Below the pieces are notes generated by a model. It had not been told where the DNA came from. It saw only the letters and a list, made by a program, of their open reading frames with translations, and ran no database searches. A DNA stretch of 64,000 bases from assembly GCA_040767195.1 (NCBI GenBank), contig JAXGPA010000001.1, positions 736,001 to 800,000 on the forward strand, given 5' to 3'. A program made the position numbers and the translations under genes. The DNA is from Syntrophales bacterium (GTDB lineage Bacteria > Desulfobacterota > Syntrophia > Syntrophales > UBA6807). Each line of letters opens with the position of its first letter. Within the stretch, counting starts at the first letter, position 1. Below are positions 29,215 to 39,667 of the stretch, piece by piece.

Positions 29215-29328
29215 CTGCGGGTCTTGACGGACCGGGAGTCACGCTCCGTCTTTACCGATCAAGCACGGGCAGGAAGCGGCACGATGCCGCTTCGATCTGA
29301 AAACGAAGAAAGAAAAGGAGGTTACTTC

Positions 29329-30297
29329 ATGAAGCGTATTCTTTACGTTCTGTTCATCACGGCCCTGGCCGTCGGTCTCGTCTTCGGGGGACAGGCCCTG
29401 GCGGCGAAAAAAATGTTCCTCACCCTCGCTTCCGGAAGCCCCGGGGGCGTTTATTATCCCCTTGGCGGCGGGATGGCCGTGGTCATCGAAAAAACCATCG
29501 AGGATCTCCGGTGCGCCGCCGAGTCCACCGGGGCATCCGTGGAAAACTGCCGGCTCGTGGGCAAAAGGGAATCGGACATGGGCATGGTCATGGGAAGCGT
29601 AGCCTACAAGGCTCTGAACGGCCTGGACCCTTTCGAGGAAAAATATGACCTCGTGGCCCTGTTCCAGATGTATCCCGCCCCGGAGCACATCGTCACGACA
29701 TCCCAGTCGGGCATCAAGACCATGGCGGATCTCAGGGGAAAGAAGATTTCCATTGACGTTCCCGGCAGCGGCTGCTCCACCATGGCGAAGGTCATGCTGG
29801 AAGAGGCGGGCTTCGACCTGGAAAAGGACGTGACCATCGCCAATCTCTCCCAGACCGAATCGGTCCAGGCCCTGAAAGACGGGGTCGTTGACGCCGTCTT
29901 CTTCAACTTCGCCTACCCCGGCGCGGCGGTCATGGATCTGGCGGCCACCCGGGACATTGTGCTCGTTCCCATCGAGGCGGCCCTGGCGGACAGGATCATT
30001 CAGAAATACCCCTACTACCTGAAAATCACGATCCCCGGAAACACATACAGTGACGTGGATTACGATGTCCTGTGCCTCGGGGATTCCAACGTTCTCATCG
30101 CGAGCAAGCGCATGCTCCAGGGCGTGGCCTACAAGGTCGTCAAGGCTATTTTCTCCAATGTCGACCAGGGGAAATACGCCCTGACCTACATTCACCCCAT
30201 CGCCGCCCAGCTGACGCCGGCCAATGCCGTGAACAGCCCCATCGCGCTCCATCCGGGAGCCCTCCAGTATTTCAAGGAAGTGGGCGCCGTAAAGTAG
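29329..30297 (+). CDS. TAXI-family TRAP solute-binding protein
   Basis: Signal peptide, SGSPGGVYYPLGG, STGASVEN and LHPGALQYFKE. Confidence 0.93.
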   Translation: MKRILYVLFITALAVGLVFGGQALAAKKMFLTLASGSPGGVYYPLGGGMAVVIEKTIEDLRCAAESTGASVENCRLVGKRESDMGMVMGSVAYKALNGLDPFEEKYDLVALFQMYPAPEHIVTTSQSGIKTMADLRGKKISIDVPGSGCSTMAKVMLEEAGFDLEKDVTIANLSQTESVQALKDGVVDAVFFNFAYPGAAVMDLAATRDIVLVPIEAALADRIIQKYPYYLKITIPGNTYSDVDYDVLCLGDSNVLIASKRMLQGVAYKVVKAIFSNVDQGKYALTYIHPIAAQLTPANAVNSPIALHPGALQYFKEVGAVK

Positions 30298-30311
30298 CAA
30301 CAAATCGTTTC

Positions 30312-30346
30312 GCCCGGCCGGCCTCGGAACCGGCCGGGCTTTTTTA
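30312..30346 (+). terminator. Intrinsic terminator/attenuating hairpin after the TAXI gene
   Basis: GCCCGGCCGG-cctcggaa-CCGGCCGGGC followed by TTTTTT. Confidence 0.7.
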
Positions 30347-30398
30347 TCTTCCTTCATGACAGCTGGACTTTTAAAAAGTCTTCAAGATGTTCTTTTCC

Positions 30399-30525
30399 GA
30401 CGGCTTCGCGAAAGGCTCCCCAGGCCGTTGCCCGGGTATTCGAGAAATGAGGGGAATCGGCCGCTCCGAAACATTGACAGGACACGGAAAGCCTCGAAAC
30501 AGCCGGGCTTTTCGTGAAACCGTCA
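30399..30525. repeat. Degenerate copy of the palindromic repeat, ending at the DUF1850 start codon
   Basis: gacggcttcgcgaaaggct ... gggcttttcgtgaaaccgtcA(TG). Confidence 0.6.
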
Positions 30526-31037
30526 TGACAGGAAAACGGGTTTTACCGGTTCTATTCCTTTTGTGTCTCTCTCTTATTTTTCCCGGAGAGGAGGGACAAG
30601 GCGGGGAAAGTTCCTTTTTTTCTCTCCGGGTTGTCCGGGAACCGGGGGGGTCGTGCCTGCTCAACCGCCCCGTGAGGGCCGGTGACCGTTTCTACCTGGA
30701 ATACACCCACTCTTCCGACCTGACCCCCGTGCGCGACACCTTCGTCATCGATGAAGGGGGGGGGATCCGAATCGTCTCGGAAGAATACGACTGGTATGGC
30801 GCCGGCCTGGAGTTTCAATCCCATGGCGGACGGACTGTTCGTTTCGGGGAAAAGAAGACCGTCGTGACCCTGGACCGGCCCATGGACCCCTTTTACCTCC
30901 GGGTGGGCAGAACGGCGAACCATGTTCTGACCGTGGGCGGCAAAGCCTATCCCCTGAAGACCATCGCCGAAGGCGGGGACCGGGTGCGCATTTTCGCAGT
31001 CGCTGAAGAGAAACCCGGGAGAAAGGAAGTGCCATGA
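30525..31037 (+). CDS. DUF1850-family protein
   Basis: FYLEYTHSSDLTPVRD and YGAGL; typical position between TAXI binding protein and permease. Confidence 0.8.
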   Translation: MTGKRVLPVLFLLCLSLIFPGEEGQGGESSFFSLRVVREPGGSCLLNRPVRAGDRFYLEYTHSSDLTPVRDTFVIDEGGGIRIVSEEYDWYGAGLEFQSHGGRTVRFGEKKTVVTLDRPMDPFYLRVGRTANHVLTVGGKAYPLKTIAEGGDRVRIFAVAEEKPGRKEVP

Positions 31038-33022
31038 CCATCGACCCGAGGAAGCCGGCGGAGAGCCACGATGGGTCCGACGCCGCCAGGGCCCAGGAAA
31101 TCCTGAAAAAATTCGAGAGAAAGAGGGAATATGGGGGAGCGGCGGGAAAAGCCGTCACGGTCATCGCTGTCGTCACCTCCCTGTACCACCTGCTTTATGC
31201 CTATATTCACCCTTTTTTCGCTCTCGATCACAGGGCCCTCCACTGGATGTTCATGTCCATCCTCGCCTTCGCCCTCTACCCCCTTTCCCGAAAGCGGTCT
31301 CCCAAAAACCGGATGTCCCTTTTCGACGGCATATTCCTGGCCGTTTCCTGCGGCATCTGCGTCTGGATTTTCATCTATTCCACCCCCATCCTGAACCGGG
31401 CGGGTGCCTTTCAACCTCTCGACGTAGCCCTGGGAACCCTCCTCGTCCTCATTGTTCTCGAGGCCTCCCGGAGAACCACGGGACCGGCGGTTCCCCTCAT
31501 CGCTGTTTTCTTTATCCTTTATGCCATTTTCGGCCCCTACCTTCCCGATTATTTCGCCCACCGGGGGTACAGCATCAAGCGCCTGTCCACCTACTTGGCC
31601 CTGTCGACGGACGGGATTTTCGGTGTTCCCCTCGGGGTGTCGGCGAACTTCATCCTTCTTTTCATCCTCTACGGAGCCCTTCTCCGGAAGACGGGAGCGG
31701 GTCAGTTTTTTACCGATGTGGCCTTCGCCCTCACCGGTGGGACCCGGGGGGGACCGGCCAAGGCCGCCGTCGCCTCCAGCACGTTTTTCGGCATGATATC
31801 GGGGAGTTCCGTGGCAAATACAGTCACCACCGGCTCCTTCACGATTCCTCTCATGAAAAGAACGGGATACCCGGACTACTTCGCCGCCGGGGTGGAAGCC
31901 TCATCGTCCACCATGGGGCAGATCATGCCGCCCATCATGGGGGCGGCGGCGTTCATCATGGCCGAGTTCCTGGCCGTGCCGTACATCAAGGTCTGCATCG
32001 CCGCGGCGATCCCCGCTTCCCTCGCCTTCTTCTCCACCTTCATGCAGGTCCACTTCCGGGCCGTCTCCCTCGGGCTTTCGGGGATTCCCCGGGCCGATCT
32101 CCCCAGCATCAGGGGCGCTTTCGCCGCGGGATGGCATCATCTTTTCTCCATCTTCATTCTCATCTATTTTCTCATGCAGAACTACTCCCCCGAACGGGCC
32201 GTTTTCTGGGCCATCATAACGACCGTCACCACCTCTTTTCTCATGGCCCTGGTCCGGCGGGAACCACTCGCCCTGCTGGGAAGGTATATTCTCGAAGGTC
32301 TCAAGGAGGGCGCCACCGGTGCCGTCGAAGTCGCCGCGGCCTGCGCGGCGGCGGGAATCATCATCGGGTGCATCACCATGACCGGGCTCGGCATCCAGTT
32401 CTCGTCCATCGTCATAGACGCCTCCATGGGACACCTGTACCTGGCGCTTCCCTTCACCATGGTCGCCTGCCTGTTCCTGGGAATGGGCGTCCCCACCACG
32501 GCCCAGTATGTCATCATCTCCTCCCTGGTGGCACCCGCCCTTATCCAGATGGGCGTTCTGGCCATGAGCGCCCACCTGTTCATCCTCTATTTCGGAACCC
32601 GGGCGGACATCACGCCGCCTGTGGCTCTGGCGGCCTACGCGGGGGCCGGCGTCGCCGGTTCCAACCCCTGGAAGACGGGCCTCTCGGCCTTTCAGCTCGG
32701 CATCGCCGGTTTTATCATTCCCTTCATGTTCATCTACTCCCCCGAGCTCATCCTGGTGGGAAACCCTCTCCGAATCATTCTCGCCACGGCGACAGCGGCT
32801 TTTGGAATCGTCTGTCTCGCCGCGGGCGTCCAGAAGTGTCTCATGATCCAGGCCACCTGGTACGAAGCGGCGCTCCTGATCGTCATCGCCCTTTTGCTCA
32901 TCAAACCGGGCATTCCCACCGACGCGGCCGGGATAGGCCTTTTTGCCATTGTCTTTGTCCTGCAGTGGATCAGGAAAAAGCGTCTAAAAAACGGGGGTCC
33001 CCCCCAGGAGGTGTCTCCATGA
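31034..33022 (+). CDS. TRAP transporter fused permease (4TM/12TM)
   Basis: GIFGVPLGVS, GGPAKAAV, ISGSSVAN, GQIMPPIMGAAAF and ITPPVALAAY. Confidence 0.93.
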   Translation: MTIDPRKPAESHDGSDAARAQEILKKFERKREYGGAAGKAVTVIAVVTSLYHLLYAYIHPFFALDHRALHWMFMSILAFALYPLSRKRSPKNRMSLFDGIFLAVSCGICVWIFIYSTPILNRAGAFQPLDVALGTLLVLIVLEASRRTTGPAVPLIAVFFILYAIFGPYLPDYFAHRGYSIKRLSTYLALSTDGIFGVPLGVSANFILLFILYGALLRKTGAGQFFTDVAFALTGGTRGGPAKAAVASSTFFGMISGSSVANTVTTGSFTIPLMKRTGYPDYFAAGVEASSSTMGQIMPPIMGAAAFIMAEFLAVPYIKVCIAAAIPASLAFFSTFMQVHFRAVSLGLSGIPRADLPSIRGAFAAGWHHLFSIFILIYFLMQNYSPERAVFWAIITTVTTSFLMALVRREPLALLGRYILEGLKEGATGAVEVAAACAAAGIIIGCITMTGLGIQFSSIVIDASMGHLYLALPFTMVACLFLGMGVPTTAQYVIISSLVAPALIQMGVLAMSAHLFILYFGTRADITPPVALAAYAGAGVAGSNPWKTGLSAFQLGIAGFIIPFMFIYSPELILVGNPLRIILATATAAFGIVCLAAGVQKCLMIQATWYEAALLIVIALLLIKPGIPTDAAGIGLFAIVFVLQWIRKKRLKNGGPPQEVSP

Positions 33023-34365
33023 CCGGAAAAACGAACGAAGACCATGTTTTTTACAGAAATCCCACGAAGCATTACCCGAAGGCCGTGAGGGGACAGGGCA
33101 TTTATATTTACGACAGCGACGGGAAGGAATACATGGACGGATCCGGCGGGGCCGTCGTCGTCTCCATAGGTCACGGCGTCCCGGAAGTACAGGAGGCCAT
33201 GCTCCGGCAATCGGGCCTCATCTCCTTCACCCACGGTTCCCAGTTCACCACGGAACCGGCTGTCGCGCTGGCGGACCGCCTCATCGGGATAAGCCCCCGG
33301 GGACTGAACCGGGTTTATTACCTCTCCGGGGGATCTGAAGCCGTGGAAACAGCCGTCAAAATGGCCCGCCAGTACCAAGTGGACCGGGGTGTCCCCTCAA
33401 AGTACAAGGTGATTTCCCGCTGGACGAGCTATCACGGGAACACGCTGGGAGCCCTGGCGCTGAGCGGCCACACGGGCCGGCGGCGTTACCACCAGCCCCT
33501 CATGACCCACACCCCGCACATCATGCCCTGCTACTGTTACCGGTGCCCCCTCAACCTGAACCCGGAAAGCTGCGCCGTCGAGTGCGCCGACGACCTGGAA
33601 AAAGCCATTCTCTATGAAGGTCCTGACTCCGTGTCGGCCTTCATCGCCGAGCCCGTGGTGGGCGCTACAGCCGGGGCCCTCGTGCCGAAGGACGGTTACT
33701 TTCAGAGAATCCGGGAAATCTGCGACCGCTACGACGTGCTTCTCATGATCGACGAAGTCATGACCGGGGTCGGCCGGACGGGCCGTTATTTCGCCATGGA
33801 CCACTGGAACGTGGCCCCGGACATGATCATCGCCGCCAAGGGCCTCGCGAGCGGCTACACGCCCATCTACTGCGTCATCACCACGGAGGCGATTCACCGG
33901 GCCATCCGGGAAGGAAACGGGGCCTTCATTCACGGTCACACGTACAGCCAGAACCCTCTTTCCTGCGCCGTTGCCCTGGCGGTCCTCGAATACCTGGAAA
34001 AACACGGCCTCGTGGAACGGTCCGCCGTCATGGGGGCCTATCTCCTGGAAAAACTCCAGACGCTCAAAAATCACCCCATCGTGGGAGACGTCCGGGGCCT
34101 GGGGCTCTTCTGCGGAGTGGAACTCGTCCGGGACCGGAAAACAAAGGAACCCTTCGATCCCAAGATGAAAGTGAACGTCCTCGTGGGAAACCGGGCGTTT
34201 GAGAAAGGCCTCATCACCTACCCCGGGGGCGGGGGCGCCGACGGCGTTAACGGGGATCACATTCTCCTCGCGCCGCCTTTCATTATCGAAAAGGAGGAAA
34301 TCGACCGGCTCGTGAGCATTCTCGACGCATCCATCGGCGAAATCGAAAAAGAGAAAGGCTTTTAA
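33019..34365 (+). CDS. Class III (omega-amino acid) aminotransferase
   Basis: GGSEAVE, SYHGNT, AEPVVG, IDEVMTGVGRTG, AKGLASGY and HGHTY. Confidence 0.93.
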   Translation: MTGKTNEDHVFYRNPTKHYPKAVRGQGIYIYDSDGKEYMDGSGGAVVVSIGHGVPEVQEAMLRQSGLISFTHGSQFTTEPAVALADRLIGISPRGLNRVYYLSGGSEAVETAVKMARQYQVDRGVPSKYKVISRWTSYHGNTLGALALSGHTGRRRYHQPLMTHTPHIMPCYCYRCPLNLNPESCAVECADDLEKAILYEGPDSVSAFIAEPVVGATAGALVPKDGYFQRIREICDRYDVLLMIDEVMTGVGRTGRYFAMDHWNVAPDMIIAAKGLASGYTPIYCVITTEAIHRAIREGNGAFIHGHTYSQNPLSCAVALAVLEYLEKHGLVERSAVMGAYLLEKLQTLKNHPIVGDVRGLGLFCGVELVRDRKTKEPFDPKMKVNVLVGNRAFEKGLITYPGGGGADGVNGDHILLAPPFIIEKEEIDRLVSILDASIGEIEKEKGF

Positions 34366-34398
34366 AGGAAAGGTGGCGGCGGGCCGGAAAAAGCGTTC

Positions 34399-35544
34399 AT
34401 GATCCTTTTCCTTCTAACTTTCATCTTCATTTACGGCGGCCTTCACGCCTATGGCCTTTGGAAACTTCAGTCCGCCTTCTCCTTAGGAGCTCGGGTCACG
34501 GTCCCCCTTCTCATCGCGGCGGTCTTCCTCGTCCTGACCCCCCTGCTCACGCGAGTGACCGAACGGGCGGGCCATGAGGGTGCGGCCTTCGTCCTCGCCC
34601 ACATCGGGTATCCCTGGATGGGGTTCCTTTTTCTGTTTTTCGTCTTTTCCCTCCTCCTGGATCTCGGGCGCCTGTTCGTCCGCCTTTTTCGGGCTTCCGG
34701 GGAAACGGGGACGGGGCTCTTCCTTGAAGGATCCACTGCGTTTTTTCTGGCCTTCGGGGCCGCTCTCCTCGTTTCCCTTTACGGGGTCCTGGAAGCCCGG
34801 CACATCCAGGTTGAAAGAGTGTCCCTGGAAACGGACAAGCTGCCTCCCGGAACGACATCCCTCAGGATCGTCCAGATATCGGATGTCCACCTGGGGCTCA
34901 TGGTCGGGAAAAGCCACCTCGAGAGAATCGTCCGGATCGTCCGGGACCTCAAGCCGGATCTGCTCGTTTCCACGGGGGACCTGGTGGACGGAACCCTCTG
35001 CCGCCTGCCCGGACTCGCCGAAACGCTCCGGCGCCTGCCGAGTCCCCTGGGAAAGTTCGCCGTCACCGGCAACCATGAATCTTACGCGGGCCTGCCGGCG
35101 GCTCTGAGTTTCACCGAACAGGCCGGTTTTCGAATCCTCCGGGGCGAGACCGTCCGCCTTCCCGGCCTTTTGAGCATCACCGGCGTGGATGATCCCGCCG
35201 TGGGCCGTTTTGGTGGCGTCCCGAAAGGGGAGGAAGACACCCTTCTGCCCGAGGACGATCTTTTCACGCTTCTTCTGAAACACCGGCCCCTCATCCATCC
35301 CGCCTCGGAAGGGCGGTTCGATCTTCAGCTTTCCGGGCACACCCACCGGGGTCAGATTTTTCCCTTCACCCTTCTCACGGCCGTCGCCTATCCTTATCAA
35401 TCCGGCACCTACAGCCTTGCCGGGGGAGGTCTCCTGCACGTCAGCCGGGGAACCGGGACCTGGGGCCCGCCCCTGCGGGTCCTGTCCCCCCCGGAGATCA
35501 CCCTGGTCGAATTGAAGAAAAAAGCGACCGCGGCGGGATCCTGA
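34399..35544 (+). CDS. Membrane-anchored metallophosphoesterase (YkuE-like)
   Basis: SDVHLG, TGDLVD, TGNHE, LSGHTHRGQ and VSRGTGTWGPP. Confidence 0.92.
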   Translation: MILFLLTFIFIYGGLHAYGLWKLQSAFSLGARVTVPLLIAAVFLVLTPLLTRVTERAGHEGAAFVLAHIGYPWMGFLFLFFVFSLLLDLGRLFVRLFRASGETGTGLFLEGSTAFFLAFGAALLVSLYGVLEARHIQVERVSLETDKLPPGTTSLRIVQISDVHLGLMVGKSHLERIVRIVRDLKPDLLVSTGDLVDGTLCRLPGLAETLRRLPSPLGKFAVTGNHESYAGLPAALSFTEQAGFRILRGETVRLPGLLSITGVDDPAVGRFGGVPKGEEDTLLPEDDLFTLLLKHRPLIHPASEGRFDLQLSGHTHRGQIFPFTLLTAVAYPYQSGTYSLAGGGLLHVSRGTGTWGPPLRVLSPPEITLVELKKKATAAGS

Positions 35545-35619
35545 ACCCGGCCATTTCTTGAAGATGAGTTGCCGCTGTGTTAGAATTTTTCAAAAAAGAG
35601 GTACGGGAAAGGATTCCCC

Positions 35620-36444
35620 ATGGAAGAAAAGGTCATTCTGACAGCAGCCATTACGGGGAGCCGGATGCAGAGAGACGTGGCCCCCTACATCCCTATCACC
35701 CCGGAAGAAATCGCCCAGTCCGCCGTTGAGTGCTGGGAAGCGGGCGCATCCATCGTTCACATTCATGTCCGGGACCCCCAAACGGGGATGGGCAGCCAGG
35801 ACCTCAACCTGTTCCGAAAGGTCGTGGACACACTGAGGGCGAAGACGGATGTGGTCATCTGCCTCACCACGAGCGGCGTGCCCGGATTGAACCTGCCCAC
35901 GGAAGAACGGCTCGCCCCCCTGAAGCTGAAGCCCGAACTCGCCTCATTCGACGCCGGGTCGATCAATCTCGGTGGGAAGCCTTTCATCAATTCTCTCGAG
36001 TTTCTCGATGAGGCGGCAAGGCAGATGAGGGCGTACGGCGTCAAGCCGGAAATCGAGGTTTTCGACCTGGGAATGATCATGACGGCCCTGCGGATGAGAG
36101 ACGAGGGCAAACTGGACGATCCCCTGCATTTTCAATTCGTACTCGGGACCCCCTGGGGAGCGCCGGCCACACCCAAGTCTTTCCTTCACTTTTATGAACA
36201 TCTCCCGCCGGAGGCCACCTGGTCTGTCATCGGCATCGGACGGCAGCAGATTCACATGGCCATGATGGCCCTGATTTCAGGCGGCCACATCCGGGTCGGC
36301 ATGGAAGACAATATTTACCTGAAGCATGGGGTTCTCGCCCGGACGAACGCCGAGTTCATCGAAAGGTACGGAAGGCTCTGCCGGGAATACGGCCGTGACG
36401 TGGCCACCCCGGCGGAAACGAGGAAGATTCTCGGTCTCATTTGA
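35620..36444 (+). CDS. Beta-keto acid cleavage enzyme family (BKACE/Kce-like, DUF849)
   Basis: AAITGS, PITPEEIA, HIHVRD, KPEIEVFD and GGHIRVGMEDN. Confidence 0.92.
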   Translation: MEEKVILTAAITGSRMQRDVAPYIPITPEEIAQSAVECWEAGASIVHIHVRDPQTGMGSQDLNLFRKVVDTLRAKTDVVICLTTSGVPGLNLPTEERLAPLKLKPELASFDAGSINLGGKPFINSLEFLDEAARQMRAYGVKPEIEVFDLGMIMTALRMRDEGKLDDPLHFQFVLGTPWGAPATPKSFLHFYEHLPPEATWSVIGIGRQQIHMAMMALISGGHIRVGMEDNIYLKHGVLARTNAEFIERYGRLCREYGRDVATPAETRKILGLI

Positions 36445-37798
36445 ATCCATATTTCTTCAGCTTATACCGGAGCATCCTCTCGCTTATCCCTAAAAGGGAG
36501 GCCGCCCGGCTCTGGTTGTGATCGGCCTGTTCAAGGGCTTTCTGGATCATCTCCTGTTCCATGTCCTCGATGGCGCCCCGGAGAGACTCTTTTCCCGGTC
36601 GCGCCCCTTCCCGTGGGTGAGAGGGCAACGCCTGAAAGGGAAGGTCGCGGAGGGAAATGACGGGATCCCGGGCGATGACGACGGCCCGCTCGATGATATT
36701 TTCCAGTTCCCGCACATTGCCCGGGTAATTGTACTTGAGCAGGAGATCCATGGCCTCACTGCTCGTGCCCTGTATGTCCTTGTCGTTTTCCCTGGCGAAC
36801 TGCTTGATGAAATGGTTGATCAAAAGGGGGATGTCCTCTTTCCTTTCGCGGAGGGGCAGGATGTTCATGACCACCACGTTGAGGCGATAGAACAGGTCTT
36901 CCCGGAAAGATCCTTCCCGGACCTTGCTTTCCAGGTCCCTGTTCGTGGCGCTGATGATCCGGACGTCCGCCTTGATGACCTGATTTCCTCCCAGTCTCTG
37001 AAACTCCCGTTCCTGCAGAAAGCGCAGAAGCTTGACCTGGACCGGGGGAAACAACTCACCGATCTCGTCCAGGAAGAGGGTTCCCCCGTCGGCTTCCTCG
37101 AACTTCCCGATCCTGCGCGCCGCCGCTCCCGTAAAGGCTCCCCGCTCATGGCCGAAGAGCTCGCTTTCCAGAAGGGTATCCGGAATGGCGCTGCAATTGA
37201 CGACAATAAGGGGTTTCTCCGACCGGGGACTCATGGTGTGAATGAGACGGGCGAAAAGCTCCTTGCCCGTGCCGCTTTCCCCTTGCAGGAGAACGGTGGC
37301 CCGGCTCGGGGCGACCCGGCCGACCATGTTGATCAGGTCCTCCATGCGCCGGTTCTTGTAGATGATCTGGTCCGGCGCGCTTCCTTTTTTCCACAGCCGC
37401 TGCCGGAGAATTTCATTCTCCCGGATGAGGACCTTTCGCTCAGCGATCCGGTCAATGAGTATGCCCAGTTCATCGAGATCGACGGGTTTGGTGATGTAAT
37501 CGAGGGCGCCCTGTTTCATGGCATCCACGGCCGTTTCGATGGTTCCGAAAGCGGTGATCATGATGACATCGATACCGGGATTGATGGCTTTCAGGCGGTT
37601 CAGGACTTCCATGCCGTCCATGCCGGGCATCTTGTAGTCCAGGAGGGCCAGGTCCACAGGACCGCTCATGACTTGATCAATCGCTTCCTGGCCGTTCTGG
37701 GCTTCAAAAACGGTATGACCTTCCGCGGCCATGTAGTCCCTCAGCATCTCCCGCTGGGTCTTACCGTCTTCCACGATGAGGATGTTCAGTTTTGTCAT
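36437..37798 (-). CDS. Sigma54-dependent response regulator (ZraR/AtoC-like)
   Basis: Receiver domain, GESGTGKE, ESELFGHERGAFTGA, YPGNVRELEN and HTH. Confidence 0.95.
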   Translation of the reverse strand: MTKLNILIVEDGKTQREMLRDYMAAEGHTVFEAQNGQEAIDQVMSGPVDLALLDYKMPGMDGMEVLNRLKAINPGIDVIMITAFGTIETAVDAMKQGALDYITKPVDLDELGILIDRIAERKVLIRENEILRQRLWKKGSAPDQIIYKNRRMEDLINMVGRVAPSRATVLLQGESGTGKELFARLIHTMSPRSEKPLIVVNCSAIPDTLLESELFGHERGAFTGAAARRIGKFEEADGGTLFLDEIGELFPPVQVKLLRFLQEREFQRLGGNQVIKADVRIISATNRDLESKVREGSFREDLFYRLNVVVMNILPLRERKEDIPLLINHFIKQFARENDKDIQGTSSEAMDLLLKYNYPGNVRELENIIERAVVIARDPVISLRDLPFQALPSHPREGARPGKESLRGAIEDMEQEMIQKALEQADHNQSRAASLLGISERMLRYKLKKYGFK

Positions 37799-37851
37799 TT
37801 CCCCGGACCTTTTTCAGTCCTTCCGATGGCCGTCACGAGCCTTTTGTAATC

Positions 37852-39663
37852 TCAAATTCCTTCTCTGACCGTCTTTTCAGCGGCCCCCTCCGCCTGTTCC
37901 ACTGGAAGCCGGATCTCAAAGGTCGTTCCCTGGCCCGCCTCGCTTTCCACGTGAATTTCCCCCTGGTGGCCGCGGATCACCTCGTAGGCCAGGGGAAGCC
38001 CGAGACCCAGACCCTTCTCCTTGGTCGTGTATTCGGGACTGAAAATGTGCTCCATCTGCTCATCCGTGAGACCGCTGCCCGTGTCGGATATGCGGATCCG
38101 GACCTCTTTTTCCCCGTTTTTCTGAAGGGCCACCGTAACCGTTCCTTCTCCCGTGATGGATTCCAGGGCGTTTTTGAGAATATTGAGAAGCGCCTGTTTC
38201 ATCTTGTCTTCATCCATGGAGACGATGATGGGACCGCCATTAAAGACCGTTGTCAGCCTGATCCCCCGAGAATGGGCCTCCTCGGAGACGAGTCCCGTTA
38301 TTTTCTGAAGAACGTCAACGATGGAGTGGTTATTGAAAACGAGCTTGCGGCTCCGGGTAAAGACGATGAATTCCTCGATAATACCGTTCAGCCTCCGGAT
38401 CTCCTCCCGGAGGATCTCCATGATCTTCAAGAATTGCGCCTTTTTCTCCTCCTGGTCCGGGGGGAACTGGCGCTGCACCCGCTGAACGGCGATACTGATG
38501 GCATTGAGGGGGTTTCGAATTTCGTGGGCGACGCCGGCAGCCAGTTTGCCGAGTGCTGAAAGACGCTCGGCCTGCCTCAGCTTCCGGCTCATTTCCTCCA
38601 TTTTCATGAGATGGCGGTTCTGATTCTGATAGAGGGCGTAAATGGAAAGAACACCGATGAGAAGGAAAAATACCGTGGAAAGGATGGCCTGGTTCTTGTT
38701 CTCTCTCAGGATGTCATTGGTTTTGTCGTTATAGAGGCCGATGCGCGCATAACCGGCCACCTGATCGTCAAGGGTCACCGGGGACAGGACCTCCAGAACG
38801 GGGTGACCGTCAAAATCACTCTTGCGGATCGAGATGGGAACCTGTTGCTCAACAATTTTTGGAAACAGGGAAGAATCCTCGACGGGCGGAAGGTCCGGGG
38901 CCCCGGAGCGGCCGATTTCCAGGCCCTTCTTGTCGAGAATCACCAGGTAGGCCATGCCCTTTCCCCACCCTGCTTCGCCAATGGCCCGGTCCAGGGAAAT
39001 TCGGGTGCACCACTCCCGCAACCCCTTGTCGTCCAAGGCGGTAATGATGGTGCCGCTTCCATCCTTGCGACGCACGGCGATATACCCGATTTCATCGAGT
39101 TTTCCGCCCACACGGTTGAAAAGATCGATGATGATGTCTTCGTGACTCAGAAAAATCGGCGGAGACTGACGGGGTGTCTCTCCTTCCGTCCGGCCGCTTT
39201 GGTAAACGATCTCCCCTTTCCTGTCCAGAACGGCGATGAGCCAGATGTTTTCCCGTTCCGCGATGGTTGTGAGATCTTCGTCCCGAAGCCCTTCGGTCTG
39301 CCATTTCCTGTCGATGTTCCTGGCGATGTCAACGAGGGCCCGGATCAAATCTTCCTGGGGAGAAAAACTCTCACTGGCGAGAGGAATGAAATTCCGGCCG
39401 CCCTCGTCCTTGCGGAAGGCCTGATACATGGAATGAAGATTGTCCTGGGCCACTTTTTCAATCGTGGTCAGAATATCCAGGGCGCGGCTCTCCATGAAAT
39501 CGTTCAGAGTCTTGTCGAGCCTCTTGAGGTAGGTGAAACCGAGACCGGAAATGAGTCCTGCAACGATGAGAATGACCACGGTAACGGTGAGAGGCCGGAG
39601 GATCGGTCCCCGGGGGGGAGGCGTCCCGGACGTGTCTTCCTTTTTCTGCCTGCGACCGATCAT
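37852..39663 (-). CDS. Membrane sensor histidine kinase (ZraS-like)
   Basis: Two TMs, AAGVAHEIRNPLN, NILKNA, DTGSG and GLGLGL. Confidence 0.93.
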   Translation of the reverse strand: MIGRRQKKEDTSGTPPPRGPILRPLTVTVVILIVAGLISGLGFTYLKRLDKTLNDFMESRALDILTTIEKVAQDNLHSMYQAFRKDEGGRNFIPLASESFSPQEDLIRALVDIARNIDRKWQTEGLRDEDLTTIAERENIWLIAVLDRKGEIVYQSGRTEGETPRQSPPIFLSHEDIIIDLFNRVGGKLDEIGYIAVRRKDGSGTIITALDDKGLREWCTRISLDRAIGEAGWGKGMAYLVILDKKGLEIGRSGAPDLPPVEDSSLFPKIVEQQVPISIRKSDFDGHPVLEVLSPVTLDDQVAGYARIGLYNDKTNDILRENKNQAILSTVFFLLIGVLSIYALYQNQNRHLMKMEEMSRKLRQAERLSALGKLAAGVAHEIRNPLNAISIAVQRVQRQFPPDQEEKKAQFLKIMEILREEIRRLNGIIEEFIVFTRSRKLVFNNHSIVDVLQKITGLVSEEAHSRGIRLTTVFNGGPIIVSMDEDKMKQALLNILKNALESITGEGTVTVALQKNGEKEVRIRISDTGSGLTDEQMEHIFSPEYTTKEKGLGLGLPLAYEVIRGHQGEIHVESEAGQGTTFEIRLPVEQAEGAAEKTVREGI

Positions 39664-39667
39664 GCCT

